NCBI GenBank assembly: GCA_001303885.1
Contig: LJUE01000149.1
Coordinates: 1 to 14,071, forward strand
Direction of reading: 5' to 3'
DNA from: Planctomycetes bacterium SM23_32
GTDB taxonomy: Bacteria; Planctomycetota; Brocadiia; SM23-32
DNA: 14,071 nucleotides
Position numbers and translations under genes: made by a program. Below the pieces are notes generated by a model. That model searched no databases, was not told where the DNA came from, and saw only the letters and a list, made by a program, of their open reading frames with translations. This document shows, one piece after another, positions 13,679 through 14,071 of this stretch. Position 1 is the first letter of the stretch. Each line of letters starts with the position of its first letter.

Positions 13679-13820
13679 CCCGTCTTCCCTCTGGCCGTCC
13701 CAGGCGCTCCGCCGGCCCGCCCAGCGACGCGGCAGCCCCGTGTGCAAGAGTGGCGGCCTTCCGGTATATTCACCCACGGGGGAGGTCTGCCCTCCGCCGC
13801 CCATCGGCAGGGGATGGCCC

Positions 13821-14071
13821 ATGGCGAAGTTCGGCCCTTATGAGATCCTCACGAAGCTCGGCGAGGGCGGCATGGGCCGCGTCTACAAGGCCCGCCAGCC
13901 CGAGCTCGGCCGCACCGTCGCCCTGAAGGTCCTCAACCCCCACGTCGTCTCGCCCGAGACCTACGAACGGTTCCGCCGCGAAATCCGCCTCCTGTCCCGC
14001 CTCCGCCACCCACACGTGGTGCGCCTCTTCACCAGCGGCACCCACCAGGGCCGCGTCTACTTCACCATGGA
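13821..14071 (+). CDS. Ser/Thr protein kinase, N-terminal fragment (gene continues beyond the window)
   Basis: ATG at 13821 with AGGGGA upstream. Translation MAKFGPYEILTKLGEGGMGRVYKARQPELGRTVALKVLNP...RFRREIRLLSRLRHPHVVRLF gives the Gly-rich loop, the VAIK-type Lys and the alphaC Glu of Hanks kinases. Confidence 0.8.
   Translation, partial: MAKFGPYEILTKLGEGGMGRVYKARQPELGRTVALKVLNPHVVSPETYERFRREIRLLSRLRHPHVVRLFTSGTHQGRVYFTM

Noticed and set aside
1-14071. Archaeal (Asgard/TACK) origin of the ESCRT-III/Vps4 genes as a trivial explanation
   Set aside because: The flanking genes are an ECF sigma-70 factor, a zf-HC2 anti-sigma domain and Hanks kinases with Planctomycete/Myxobacteria-style architecture. 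They share the same 70% GC and codon style and lie on the same strand with 4-nt overlaps to the ESCRT-like genes. A chimeric contig cannot be excluded without read-level data.
1-14071. CRISPR arrays, tRNA/rRNA genes, IS elements/transposases, integrases
   Set aside because: No direct-repeat/spacer periodicity, no cloverleaf-compatible conserved tRNA motifs, and no transposase/integrase-like ORFs were seen. The window appears to be ordinary chromosomal coding DNA apart from the unusual gene content.

Overview
This is a high-GC window (about 70% GC by eye) that is almost entirely coding on the minus strand. It contains a tight, co-directional, operon-like gene string, probably bacterial and Planctomycetota/Myxococcota-like judging from the ECF sigma factor and Ser/Thr kinase gene types and the recurrent zinc-ribbon and FGE-sulfatase domains (inference only).

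Reading in transcription order, from high to low coordinates, the gene order is:
- ECF sigma-70 factor
- anti-sigma (zf-HC2) / Ser-Thr kinase fusion with a C-terminal Cys-cluster and winged helix
- Snf7/ESCRT-III-like protein, copy 2
- MIT-AAA Vps4-like ATPase, copy 2
- Snf7/ESCRT-III-like protein, copy 1
- MIT-AAA katanin/Vps4-like ATPase, copy 1
- polytopic membrane protein
- double-zinc-ribbon + SPFH/flotillin-like coiled-coil protein
- zinc-ribbon two-transmembrane protein
- a frameshift-split gene whose C-terminal half carries a double zinc ribbon
- zinc-ribbon + FGE-sulfatase-domain protein (3' end truncated by the window start)

A divergent Ser/Thr kinase gene starts on the plus strand at the far right edge.

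The headline observation is a tandemly duplicated [Snf7-type ESCRT-III + MIT-domain Vps4-type AAA ATPase] module sitting in a bacterial-looking, ECF-sigma / kinase-controlled membrane-protein operon next to a flotillin-like SPFH protein. This is a candidate eukaryote/archaea-style ESCRT-III/Vps4 membrane-remodelling system in a bacterium.

The long plus-strand ORFs in the supplied six-frame track are antisense artefacts of GC-rich coding DNA.
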